Source of the DNA: Selaginella moellendorffii
Lineage: Eukaryota; Plantae; Lycopodiophyta
DNA: 64,000 nucleotides
Direction: 5' to 3'
Assembly (NCBI RefSeq): GCF_000143415.4
Contig: NW_003314270.1
Location: 963,538-1,027,537 of the forward strand
Part shown: positions 1-12,501 of the stretch, piece after piece
Layout of the letters: each line of letters starts with the position of its first letter
How positions within the stretch are numbered: position 1 is the stretch's first letter
The notes under the pieces: generated by a model
Told to the model about the DNA's origin: nothing
What the model saw: the letters and a program-made list of their open reading frames with translations, nothing else
The model's database searches: none
Program-made: the position numbers and the translations under genes

Positions 1-37
1 AAAAAGAAATTTAGACTCATTGAGCTTGTCCTTTGTA

Positions 38-176
38 AAGTAAGGCAAACTCTGGTTGTCTAAGTAGCTTTACTCTTGCAAGTTTTTGCACAATCATCAG
101 CATCTAAACTAAAAGTAAGACAAACTTTGGTTGTTTACTTTTGAGAGCTTTCGCAAAATCATCAGCATCTAAACTA
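38..176. repeat. Degenerate tandem duplication, ~65-75 bp unit
   Basis: aatcatcagcatctaaacta occurs at 92-111 and 157-176. taag(g/a)caaact(c/t)tggttgt also occurs twice. Confidence 0.6.
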
Positions 177-299
177 GGGTCTACAGTAACAGTGTGAAGC
201 ATAGATAAGAAAGAGTGCAATGGCAGAGATTGGAACTAAAAGGAAGAAGAAGACAGCTAAGACATTAATAAAGATTTTTGTTGAGGCAACGCATCTTGC

Positions 300-385
300 T
301 CATACCCAAACCTAGTTTTTCCATAGCATAGTCTCTTAGGGTAAACTATGGTTCTCCTAAATTCACTATGTTGAATATTTCTTCA
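300..385 (-). mobile_element. Decayed fragment of the TRIM internal domain
   Basis: ctcttaggg...tggttctcc..a.attcactatgttgaatatt.cttca matches the internal region of the TRIM at 51895-51966. Confidence 0.55.
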
Positions 386-751
386 GTCTCATGCACTAAG
401 GTCTCCAGATCTACTGAAATCAGTGCGTTGCAGTATATGATTGACGGCCCGCTTTGCGGAAAGTCAAAAGACTCTGAGTGCCACCATGGCAACAGCAAAT
501 GTAGGGTTTGTGGTGGTGGCATTAATGTTAGGAGTTGTTATCGACTACTCAAGTTCCTGTGCCATGGAGGACCTTGTCATAGACTGGAGAAACAAAAGCA
601 AAGCTCCTGGACCCCGGTCGACTGACGCCACTACATGATTCTTCGTGGTTCCCCGCGAGAAAAAGGATAAGTTCTAGAGAAATGAGAAGGCCAAAGATAT
701 CTTTGTTAATCTTTGATTTATTCTTAAGAAAAGCTCTACTTGACTTGACTA

Positions 752-1393
752 TCAAGTAAGGTACTCTATCACGTCAGCCAAATGGGGGAATAACTTCTTG
801 AGCTCCTCGCTTTCTCCCATGACAAAGTCCTGAAACTCGAAGCCCGGAGCGACGGTACACCCAACCAGCGAGAAATTTTTGTCCGAGTCTCGTGGAGAAG
901 CCTTGACACACTTGGTGGTGTCGATCAAATCCTTGGTTGGAAAAGCCCCAAACCAGACCATCGGCTGGACAGTGTACTGCAGCTTCTGTCCAGCCGCGAG
1001 ATCGGGGCCAATGACTGTTTGCTTCACCTCGCCGTTGTCATGGATCTCAAGAACCTATCAAGGAAAAACTCGCTTTTTTTCTTCAGGAAATAGCGACTTA
1101 CTGTAAGAGGATCTCCGGCATAAAAATGCCACACTTCGCTAGAAGGGATGCGATGCAATTTGGAGACCGAGCCGGATGGAAGCAAGAAGTAGATGGCTGT
1201 GCTCACGGGCCTGTCCACCTTGACTGCAAGACAGTCCTGTGAGAGATGGAAAAAGAAAGAACTACTCACATTGCGAGGGGAGGGTTTCCTTGCGAAGTAT
1301 CACTGAGTCGTCGCGGAAGCTCTCGTAGAAGAAGCCACCTTCGGGATGTGGCGTCAGAGAAAGCAATTCTCGCAGTTCCTTCACGGTCGACAT
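752..1393 (-). CDS. Cupin superfamily protein (Cupin_5/DUF985, YML079W-like), 3 exons
   Basis: Exons 1393-1270, 1223-1102 and 1054-752, with GT-AG introns of 46 and 47 nt. Motifs LTPHPEGGFFYE, STAIYFLL, HRIPSSEVWHFYAGDPL, QYTVQPMVWFGA and FSLVGCTVAPGFEFQDF. Confidence 0.93.
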
Positions 1394-1632
1394 CTTCTGG
1401 ATCTGTGCTTGTAGGGCTTGACTGAACTGGCAAAAAACAGTATAAAGTCGAGCCCCGAGTTGTGAAACTTTACCTCCTTTCAGTTGGTGAACTTCTCGGC
1501 GGAGTTGCGCCTGAAAGAATGGATTCTTCCTGCCTGTCATCTCCAACTTTCTTTCCTCGGAGTATCGCCGTGTCTATCATCAAGACTGTCAGCTAGACAT
1601 GACTTGCAATGAACAAATAAAACGGTACCTGA

Positions 1633-4600
1633 TTAGATCCATGGTGTCCATCCCTCGTACATATTACAAAGGTTGTCAATGCTCATCGCCTGTCGAAGGA
1701 GATGGTCCACCTGATCGGCAATGCTCAGCTGCCTGTTTGGAAAACAGCCAAAACTTAACTATCTTAGCTCACGCAAGAGAGCCTTACCCGGTCTCATCTA
1801 TGTCACGTCCTTCAAGCTTAGTTCGGACGCGTTTCAAAACGTTTACAGCAGTCCCTGCAAACAGAAGCTAATCAATTTCTAGCTTGTGCACAAACCACAA
1901 AAACATACCTCTCACTACTCGCGACTGATGATCCACATTTGCAGACAAAGCGTTGCTAGAGTTTCCTTTCAAGGTGTGCTGCTTCTGGTCGTTTCCGGGC
2001 CTTGCAGCTTCTCCACTGTGTAACTTGTCACACTCAGAGGACAAAGAATGCTGTGACACTCCAGCCTTCGCCCGTGTCTGGCCTTCAATCGCCTCAGCTG
2101 CCAATGCTTTAATCACAGAGACGTTCTCAGCCTGGCTTCTTTGCTGCACCTCATGGTCCTGTGTTGATGTCGACTCTTGAACACTGTAGTCCGAGTCCCC
2201 GGACTGTGTACCCGGCGGGGATATCCACGAGTCATCGTCCTCCAGCACATCCTTTTCAACGAGCGGATTCGCCACAGGTTGAAGGTTGCTTTGTTGAGAC
2301 GGGAAAACATCCTCAGTGGAAACCGATACCGGTGGACTTTCGTCCATACCTTCAAAGGCCTACACAAGAAAAAAGGTGCTCATTAGAGAAAGACACGCAT
2401 TAAGAAACGTTTGGACTTGCCTTGTTAAGAGTACCGGCGTCTACACTTGCAGTACGCCCCAAGCTAGTAAGAGCCGAGTGCAGCTTTTGTGCGGCATCGA
2501 GAACGCTGGAGACGTGCAGAGGCAAATCTGCGAGAGACTCCTTGATCTTTAAATCCAAAGATTGCAACGTAGGCGATTGCCCCGACTTGATGACCGCCTT
2601 GACATCCAGGTCGGCGCTCATGGCGTTTGCTGTTGATGAAAGCAACAACTCCAAAGGTGCCACAGCAGCATGCACCTGACACAAATAAATCAGCACAAAA
2701 CCTGGCAAATATCACCCGATCCGACCACACCTTCTTAAGATCACTTATTAGGCTCTGCCTTTCTGTGATAGCTTCTTTCGCGAGGGAATGCACATCACTC
2801 ACTCCATCCGCTCCTTCCGTCAATGCCAGCACCTGGTTTTGAGAATGGTGAATTAACTAGCACCAATGAACCAACTTTTAAAAATACTTGCCTCATCAAG
2901 CATGACGGCACCTTCGGAGGTAAGAGCTGAATGACTTCGCACAACCTTGCAAAATGCATTCACAGCCCCGGCAGCTTCAAGAGTGAGTTGTCTTAGTTGT
3001 AAGAATATCGATTGTAGTTCAGCTGCACAGTGATCTGAGAGAGACAAACTATGAAGCAGATACTAACCTCCACTCGACTCGGATTCGCTAGATACAAGTT
3101 GGCGCTCTCTTAGTACACCAGATAGATTGGCACTCGCGGCTTCCAACGCTTTTTGAGCGGCTTTCCATTCCATGTCACAACCTGTATAAACAACCGCTCC
3201 AAGTAATAAGAATTCAGGATAATACTGATGAACTTACTAGTAAACGCAATGTAGGCAGCCTCCAGCCGCAAGATCAAGCTCTGGTAAGACTGCTGCCAGG
3301 ATTTCCCGTCGCTAGATGAGCTACTCGAGCTTGACTCCAGGTAGCCTTCGCGAGAAGCTTCAAACTCCAAAACTGTAACACAAAGTCTCACGGTACTCGT
3401 GGCGTGCTCTTGACCAGTCCAGAGAAGTTGCTGCCTTCTTTGAAGACGTTCACGGAATTCCTGAGAAGTACCTGCACGATTAGAAGCCCATGCCATCGTC
3501 CTTTCTAGCTGCTCTTCAGCGGACACACTTGCCCGCTCCGCTTTCTGCAAGCCCTCAGTAGCTCTCGAGATAGCAGCTATCGAGTTTCGTATGTTGTCCA
3601 ATATCTGCTTTCTACTCCACCACCGAATGCTCGTCGACTTCTCAGGATAAGGCCCAGATGGCATGGCAACGAACTGGACGCGAGGTAGCAAAACGGTCTC
3701 ATGAAGCCACTCCATCTGAGCAATCTCGATCTGAGCATTTTGGAGGCTCTGTTTTGCTTCGTCCGCCTGTATCTTCAGAGCAAATGCTGCAGACTTTGCC
3801 GCTCGGACTGTTTCGTGGACATCACAGTATTCTCGAAGTAGCTTCACAGCTTTCTTTGCAGCCTCCCCCTCTCTAGAACTGTCGGAATTGTCAGCAAAAC
3901 TCGAGATGGTAGCCTCCTTCAAAATAATGTCCAGAAAGGCTGGCGAGACGCGTTCTCTCAGATATAAGTCCAGCACGCCCTGAAGTTGAGCCTCTAGTCG
4001 CCTTTTGTGCTGGCTTATAACTTGATCCAAACTCAAGCTCAAATCGTTGGAAGCGTCACGAACGCATGAGTCCAGTAGAATGTCCATCACGTAGACCTTC
4101 CACACGAAGAAAGTCTTCTTTTGGAGGACGTTTGACGCTCTCCAAATGTATTCAAGCCCAGGAGACTCAACCTGCATTGTCTTCGCAACTGGAACTCTTC
4201 TCAGAGCGGCATCCAGCGACTCAAGCCCAGAGAACAGCTTCGCAAAAGCTGCCAAGAGAACCTTTCCCCTCATCAAGTGAAGATCATCCCTGTCCAGTGC
4301 TACTAGTGCCTCGAAACGTTGGTCTGCGGACGCTAAGGCTGATCGCACGAGTCCTTCCATTCTTAACACAGCTGAAGCCTGTGCACTGCGTTGAGACCAA
4401 GCCTTTTGCAACGTCTCCAGTTGCTCTCGGCAGAGGTCTTCCTGACTTGCAAGCTCCTCAGCCTCTTCCCAGGAAAGATCATCCTTGCCACCAGCAGCTG
4501 CCTCTTCCAGGAATGTTTTCCGCTTCACAAGCTCTTCCAGCCTGTCAGGATAAGTTCTCTCGAGTTCTAACAAAGCCGACTTCTGCATCTCTATCTCCGC

Positions 4601-7600
4601 CACCTTCTCAAGAGTTGTGTCAATAGCTCCTCGTATCTGGGATAAAGATGCGAACGCGTCCATGACGGCTGGATCCTGTGAAAGAGCAGCCTTGACAGCC
4701 TCTGGAAGCACCACGCCTATCATCTGCTTCACGAGGTGATCAATACCAGCAAGACAGTCTGTAAATCCCTTCAACTCTGCAGTAAAACTCGAGTTTGAGT
4801 CCCACGGATTCGCACGATATCCAGTAGCCTTCCCACTGAACTGTTGAAGCTCGTTCAATACGTCCGAGACGAGGACAGCCCTCTCAACTAGTCCCTCGAG
4901 CTCTGGAAAGCACCACCTTCGTATGGACTCCTCCATTCCAACACCTTGAAGATTAGCCGCATGATTCCCAATCTCACTGTAAATAGTTGATGCAGCAGAC
5001 TGAAGAACCAAAATAACTTTGAGCCGCCTTTCCTCGAAATCGTATAAACCCGCGTCATCCTCATCTTTCTTTCCCTGCTGGAGGCTACGAAGAAAAATCC
5101 CCATGAGTTTGTCCTTGGCTCTTTTCTCCGCATCCGGATCCACTGATTCTTCAAGTTGTAGACGTCCCTGCTCTAGCTTCTGGACTTCTTCGCCGAGAAG
5201 CTCAACGTGTGACCTCAGTTTCTCGTGTTTCTGGCAGATAACATCGTCGTGATCTCCACGTCCTCCCGCAGTAATGTCTATTGCTTGCCGTTTGGTCACG
5301 CCCAGCACCTCCGGAGTGACTTGCATGCTTAGCAACTGGAGTATCTTCGCCCAGCTATGTACGTAGCTCGTTGTATAATAGTTCCCTGGCAGAAGCCTCT
5401 GCAACGCTACAGCATAGGCTTGCAGAGTTGCTCGGGCATGCAGCAAAGCTTCGTGCCGCGCTGATGTGAACTGCGAAATGTCCCTGTCAACCTCTCTGAA
5501 GTGGACTTGTGTCGGCTCGGGTAGGACTGTCAAAGCTACTCCGGACGCAACTATTGCTTGTAGCAAGGAAACAGCCTCTGTCGAATGAGTCCGTTGTCCC
5601 AGTGCCTGGAGTTCTGGAGCTGTGTCCGTTCGGAGAGAATCGAGAACTCTGCTGCGCTGCTCAATCCACTGTGTGGTTTCTCTAGCTGCCTCTGCAGTAC
5701 GTGCTTTGGACTGGGCGAACTCGCGAGCCTGTATCTCGTATGTCACGTGTGTCTTCTCTAGAGAACCAGAGGCTTCAGCTAAAAGGTTCCTAGCAGCGAC
5801 CTCCGCGTTCTCAGCAGCATATTTTTTCTGGTTTATATGGTAGGCAAGAGTCGAGCATCTTTCAAAGTTTTCGTATCCAGCCGCCCAGCTCTGCACATAA
5901 GATTGGGGAAGCGATTCAAATTAGTAAAATATATAAATAAAACTTACCTGAAGAGTAGAGGGGATTGTGGGGAGTGTCCGCAGTAGCTGATCATGGTGTT
6001 CCTACAATGCATCTTGTTTCAGTAAAATCCTTTCATGAAAGAAAATGTGAACTCTTACCTGAAGTGCAACACGATTCTCCTGAACGTGCGAAGCAAATAA
6101 GCTGAGGCTCACAGCAAGTTCCATGCCTTTACGTTCTTCACCTCCAATCGTGGCCTCATCGTGACCATCTCCCCTCATCCATTCCACCAAAGGATCCCAT
6201 ACAAATGCCTCCAGCAGCATAAGTATCACTTCTTTGTTCTTCTGTAGAACGCTCAGAACAGCTTCGCAGCTAGCTCGAAAGAAGCCTTCCACACCAGTAG
6301 GCCCAAGCGCATTCTGGATAGTCTGTGTCAGTCGAAATGGAACGATCTCGGGAACTTTCAGCCTCCGACCCTTTTCAAAACAGATATTGTAGTCGATATG
6401 CACCACGTCTCCGGAGCTAAAATCAATTAGGATGTTGTCTAGGTGACGATCGCCTAAGCCAAGAACGTGTCCAATCACACTCATAACCGCAACGCTGCCG
6501 GAGAATCTAACAAAAAAGTCACAAGTTAGTCCATTATCAAATGATTCGAGCATCACAGACCTCTTAATTTTTTTGTTCAATCCTTTTAATCCATCGCTTG
6601 CGCACCAAAGCTCTCGGTATAGTAGCTGCCTCGGTGTCTCTTTCATAAGATCCAGCAAGACTTTCCTTTTGACATCCTGTGGCCAGTCTCTCCGGGATAT
6701 GACTTTTCGCAGTCCCTTCTCTTTCAAAGCTGGAATGATCTTCCCGTAGAACATGTCGCTGGGGCGTGGCAGAGGTGGAGGAGCACCTGAGACAGCATTC
6801 GATGAGAGCTGTGCTGCCTGTTGCCGAAGCTGCCAAGCCTTGTAAACCGAGTACAGGCTCGTCACATTGTCAACCCACTGAATTAAGCCGGCACGACCAC
6901 TTATCGGCGTCACGGAGTAGCACTTCACAGCCAAGCCTTCACGTCTCGTAGCACTAGACGCCCGTAGCATCTTGTTTGAAGCGCGAAGTAGCTGCATGAT
7001 CCTCGCATCCAGCCTAAGGTCCTCCCTTCCTTTGAGCAGATAGTTGTAAACTTGACCATCTGATCCCGTCACAGAGACCTTCTTTGGCTTTGTTTTCGTT
7101 GCCAGGATAGTAATCTGGTCGTTGAAGTTTGCCACCGTTACTAAGTCCGCATCTGGGAACTCAAGGCCTGGCATTGGCGCATCTGAGTGCGTCAAGGCAG
7201 CGAGGCGTGGAGATACGTCTTGCAAAACCACGGCCGACCTTTTGTGATGATTTGATAAGGATGCTGCGATGGCGTCAAATGGCTTCCAGACGTCATTTAG
7301 AGTAATGTTTCCACCCGGAGGCGTCTTAAACGTTGTGATTGCAGCTCTGAGTTGGCCACCAAAGTGTTCTTGGAACCAGACTTCATGTGGCGTTTCTGCT
7401 GGTCTCGATGTAAGAGTGAGTCGTCGCTCCAATGCATACGATACTGGAGCCATGATTGCTGCATACTTTGCTGCGTTTATCTTTGTCTTCTCGTCGGGGC
7501 TAAGAGTCTGATTTTCAGCTATTCTTGCAGCCTCTTCTTTCAAAGTGATGATTCGACGAGTCACATCTAAAAAAAATACACAAGCCATTTTAAAGGGAAA

Positions 7601-10600
7601 TCATTTAATCGTGTAGCAAATATTTTACCTGCATGAAGATCCTGAAGCGTAGTCAGCCATTGCTCCTCCCAAAGAAACGTTATTGATCCGAGCTCAGCTA
7701 TCATCAACCGCACGTCATTCACTACTTTCGGATGCAACTTTGACTGTAAAAGAAATTAAACAAGTTAGAAATGGCAACAACTGTAAAAATCTTACCAGAG
7801 AGTTCAAGATGCGTTCCAACTCCTCGGACGATTGGCCCTCTGAGGCATTAAAATGTACAAGTGTCGGATAAACTATAGCCCACGGATACACGTTCGCAAG
7901 GCTCATTAGCAGTCCCTCGAGCTGCTTCCTCACTTTAGCCTCTGGATGACTGCTTACGCATGCAAAAAGTTGAGGCGTGATTTCCTACAATGCAGCAAAC
8001 AAGAAAGAAAAGGAAAAAAAATATAAGAAGAACCAAAAAACGAAGAGAAAAAAGTCCTACCTTCCATGGAGATGGCGGTATAGAGGACAGTCCCTGCTGA
8101 AGTATATCTTCAAGCTCCACTCCACAAGTCTGAAGGATATTTAGCACAAACAACGAAGCGCTCAGCGTCGAGTCTTGTTTCAGCGGGTTGGATCTCACGG
8201 TGGTTCGATTCGACAAGCTCATGTACTTCAGAAACCCGTGAGCAGCGTACCCAAACAGGGATATTCTTCTCTTTCGAACACCCCACCAAACTTGTAGGAG
8301 CTCATTTATAAGGCCCGGGACGCTGCTCGGCTTGAGAACCTGTAGTTCCTGGCGCAGCTGCAAACTGAGAGACTCTCCATCCCATTTTTCAAAGCCTGCT
8401 TCCCTTGCTGCCGCTTCCAGCAAAAATACTACCCGCTTCACCAGCATTTCCAAGATGGCGTCCTCTAGTTCACTACCAAGAGATTTTATCATCGCCTGAA
8501 TTTTCATCATTTCCTCGTCTGTTAAGGAAGGTGAACTTGAAATCAGCTCTTTCTCCAGTACTTGCGGAAAGATGCTAGCCTTTGACAGCGTCTCATTGCC
8601 GAAAAAACCGCACCTTGCGAGTGAGTAGCACCAGGAAGCATAAGAAAACCAGGCCTTTCCAAAAGACGGACAATGGAGCGTTGCCGCTTTCACTGCTGCG
8701 CCAGCGACTTCCTCCAAAATCATGCCACCAGATCCACTGGTCAGGTCCATCTCCGACAGCAACCCGGCAAAATCATTCTCCGTTCGCCTCTTTTGTAGCC
8801 AGGAACCAAGTTTTAAGCACGACGTTGCAGCCATAACATCACCTTCGAATGGAAGTGCCCGTTCGCTTTCGGCAATGAAGTTCTTAACCAGCGGCCACAG
8901 CTCCGTCATGGCTTTTGCATGCTGGCCCTCGGAAAAGTGAAGCAAGGAGTTCTCGTAAGCCGCTACCTTTGAATCCCAGTTCTCGCCATCCATTTCTTTC
9001 AGCATCCTCCGAGCAAGTCGGAAGTTGCCATGCTTTCTCGCCAATCGGATTAACTGCCGTCGCAACGTCGAAGTGACGCCCGCGTGAGGAAAGACCGTCT
9101 TGTAAACACGTAACACCTTCAACCATAAGTGGCAGTCTTGGTACACTTCGTCCGCAGGATGGTTGAAATACTTCAGCGAGATATCCTGTATCCCTTCCTG
9201 GCGTTCAGACGGCCCCTTCCAAGACTCCACGACTTCAATGCAGTGAAGCTGTGTCAAATACGGAGCAGCGTCACTGAGGTCGTCGAGCGAAGATACCAGC
9301 AACGGTCCGTCCAGCATAGCTCTAGCAAGCTTCACCTCCCGAGCGGCATCTTCTACTTCACTATCCTTCCTCAGCATGGCCTGTAACAGCATCTGCTCGC
9401 TTCTCTGGAGTGCCTGACGAGGATCGATAGTAATCTCGTTGTTGCTCTGAGGTGTCAAGTCCAAATATCCCCAAGTCCCTTCCATGTCAGAAGCGTCGAA
9501 ACGGGACAGTGCGTGTATCGAGTTCATGTCGATACCGGCAGTCGTCAGGGCTCCCGTGTACGACTTTCCTGCATGCTTTGCACGCAAAACCTGCAGCTCC
9601 TGGAGCCAGCCTTCTAGAGCTTCCCAGTCCGAGAGCGAGACGTAGCTTTCCACAATCCTGCCGATGATAAACTGCACTCCGTCCGCGCCTAGAACAGATA
9701 AAGTTTCTTCGGACTGGAAGAGCTGCGAGTAATGTGCTGCAGCTCTCTCAAACTCTCCTCTCGCCTCAAAAGCCAATCCGTTCATCCACCCGACCGGCCC
9801 CAGCGGAGAGCTAACTTTGTGAACGTCCTCAAGGATCAACCCAGCGAACGCCGTCACTGCCCACGCTTGAAGTCCAAGTATGGAGTCGCTCTCGTGCAGC
9901 TTGCATAGTGCTAGAGATCCATGACGAAGCACACGGAAAACGTCCTGTTGGAGCTTCACCTTCAAGCTCAGGCCGCCGTCAGCAGCTTGACTACGCGGCA
10001 AGTCCCGCAGCGCAGCTAGTGCCATCGGCCTCAAGTCATGCAGCCGAAAGAGAGCGTGCTGGGCCGTCCCAAAGTGACACTGTATCACGCTGCTAGCGTT
10101 CACCAAGGCTTCCCGGATTCTGGCAAACCATTCCTCGCAAACCTTCTTGTTGGCACGGAAGAAGAGGCCGCTGGAGAAGGACGGGGCCTCCAAAACTAGT
10201 GAGCCTTCGTAGGCGTTATAGATGTTCCTCTGTAAGCTATCAACCAGCTCCAAAAGGAGTCTCATTGGTAGCAGCTCTGACGTGTTGGCTGCTGACGATT
10301 CCGACTGTACAAGCTGGGGAAGATCCAGCAGCATTCGCTCGAGAGCTGCGAATGTCTGCGTTGGTCCTCCAAGGTGAGTACGAAACCTCACAGTGATGCA
10401 GTGACGAGCTAGCTCCTGGATAATGAACCAAGCAGCAGCCATGTTGCTACTACAGCACCAGCTCTCCACCAGATCAAAACGGGCAGCGTCCTCCACAACA
10501 CTAAAATCTTCCTTTCTATCCAGTCCATCACCCTGCTTCTTGTCGTCGGCACTTTTGGTCTTCAAGCAGTTGAAAACCAGACGCTGCTGCCACCCCGCTG

Positions 10601-11807
10601 GCAAGCTCTGTGGACGCTGAGATATATAATTCAGGATGCAAACCACCTGTGGCGGGCTCAATTGTAGCGCGAAACGGTTCGCTGATAGAACCGATCTCCA
10701 GTGTTTTTCACGTTCAAGCGGCCTCTTAGTAACGAAGTTCCCCTCTTCCTTCGCATCTAAATCCGAGTTCCATCCGTGCACCCACAGCGCACCCAAGGCG
10801 CACGTCGCGAGGACTTCGCGAAACGCAGCTTGGATGCCCGGGTCGGGATCCCCAAGCTGCTCGAACGCCGCACTCGCCACGGAGTAAAGCTGAGAAGAGC
10901 TCAAGCACTTGTGGCGAAGAAGAGCACCGAAAGTCTTAGAAGCTTGCAGCCTCACTGTGTGCTCCTCGTCGGAAGCAGCAGCCACTAAAGCCACGAACAA
11001 GCTGCTGCTGAGAAGAGTCATACCTTCCAGCTTCCTAAACCACTTTGGAAACTCGCCGACCCATTCCAGCACCTCTATCCTCACGGTTAAGCTCGCCACC
11101 CCTTTCTCCAAGCCACGAGCCATAGCCACACTGCATTTCCCGAAGAACTCCATGGCTCCCTCGGCATCAACCTCCCAAGGAACTATCCAGGAGAAAACTC
11201 TCCGCAAGGCCTGGACCACCGCTAACTGGAGCTCCGAGTGCCAGCGAACGGGAGCTTCAAAAGGATCAGACTTCTCGAGAACGAAGTTGATGATGCTTTT
11301 CACCTTCTGGACCTGTGACTCCGCGGCATTTGCTCTCACGCTCATCAGCAGGAGCAAGAGATCAAACTTGAGAAGGGAAACCACCTCGGCTTCCACAAGC
11401 CCCATCGCCCCCTTCTTCCCCGCCAAGCTCCTGCTCAAAGTTTCTATCTCCCTTTTCAGGCACAGCGCCGACTCCACAGCGACCTTCTCGCACCCGTGCT
11501 GGAGGAAATACACATAGGTCGCCGCCACGGAGCTTGTGATCGCCTGACAGGGGTGGAGGCGAAGATTCGAGAACGGCGATCCTGTCTCCAGCAGCCGCAA
11601 TGCAGCCGAGGGATGCAATGCCAGCCCCTGCGCCGCGAGCATCTGGAGATTCATCTTGAGCAGCGTGCATACCTGGACCGATGGGAGGAGCGGCGGCGGC
11701 GGCAGAGCAGCAGCAGTCACCGCCGCACCGCCGCCGCCGCCGTGATCATCGAATGTGTGCGCGGCCCTCACCTGCGAGGCGAGCGTCTGGAGCAGCATCT
11801 CCGCCAT
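1633..11807 (-). CDS. SMG1: SMG1 serine/threonine kinase (PIKK family, nonsense-mediated decay), ~14 exons, ~3150 aa from the first in-frame ATG; N-terminus possibly incomplete
   Basis: PIKK motifs TKTKPKK, YLLKGREDLRLDARIMQLL, GLGDRHLDNILID, VHIDYNICFEKG and VPFRLT. SMG1-type RFRTHLGGPTQTF and FFRANKKVCEEWF. A long post-kinase insertion is followed by the FATC end DNLCNMYEGWTPWI* (TAA at 1633-1635). The junctions checked splice in frame through short introns. Confidence 0.95.
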
Positions 11808-12501
11808 TTCCCATACAAGCCCTAACTAAACCCTAGTAACAGAGCACAATTATAAAGATATGATTTTTTGGACATGCCGACGATTATGATGATGCCTTTT
11901 AACAATTACATCGTTTTTGCCAAGGGCCATCTGAGTTGGTGATGAAATTTGGCATTCATTTCTGAAGTCTTTTGTTTCGTGCGAAGCCAAATATATCGGA
12001 GTGGATCAAGCTAGGAATGTTGTGGCCAGCACTTCGTCAAGATCTTGTTAGACTTGTGCATGCATTTGCTCCCGCCACCTTTAACGATGCTCTTCGCTTG
12101 GCACAACGTTATGAAATGTTGCCTCTTCCACTTCTCATTGCATGTCCTTCAGCTCCACTTCCTGTGGGTGATGGTCTTGTTCTAATGGAGGTTGATGCTC
12201 CTGCTGCTTGAGTCCAAGGCCAAGGGCGAGGACGTGGTCGTGGCCGTGATGTTTGCTGCTGGGGATGTGATGAAGTTGGTTATACTTATCGGTGTTATCA
12301 GTGTTTTCCGGATTGGCAACCTCCATTTCTTGGGTGGAGACCTTGGTGTTAGCAATGTCCCGTTGGTGCTGCTATAGTGGAAGGTTTGAACACTGAGATG
12401 CATCCGGGAAACGAGGAGTTGCGCAAATAACGGAGGGACCTTGCGCAAATAAATCAGTGACCCCTCCATCTTTCTTTTGGGAATATTATCAAGGGGTTCA
12501 C

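Noticed and set aside
3658-11825. Plus-strand ORFs of 60-200 aa opposite SMG1 (similarly opposite the dioxygenase and NERD1)
   Set aside because: Antisense shadows of real coding exons with no recognisable motifs.
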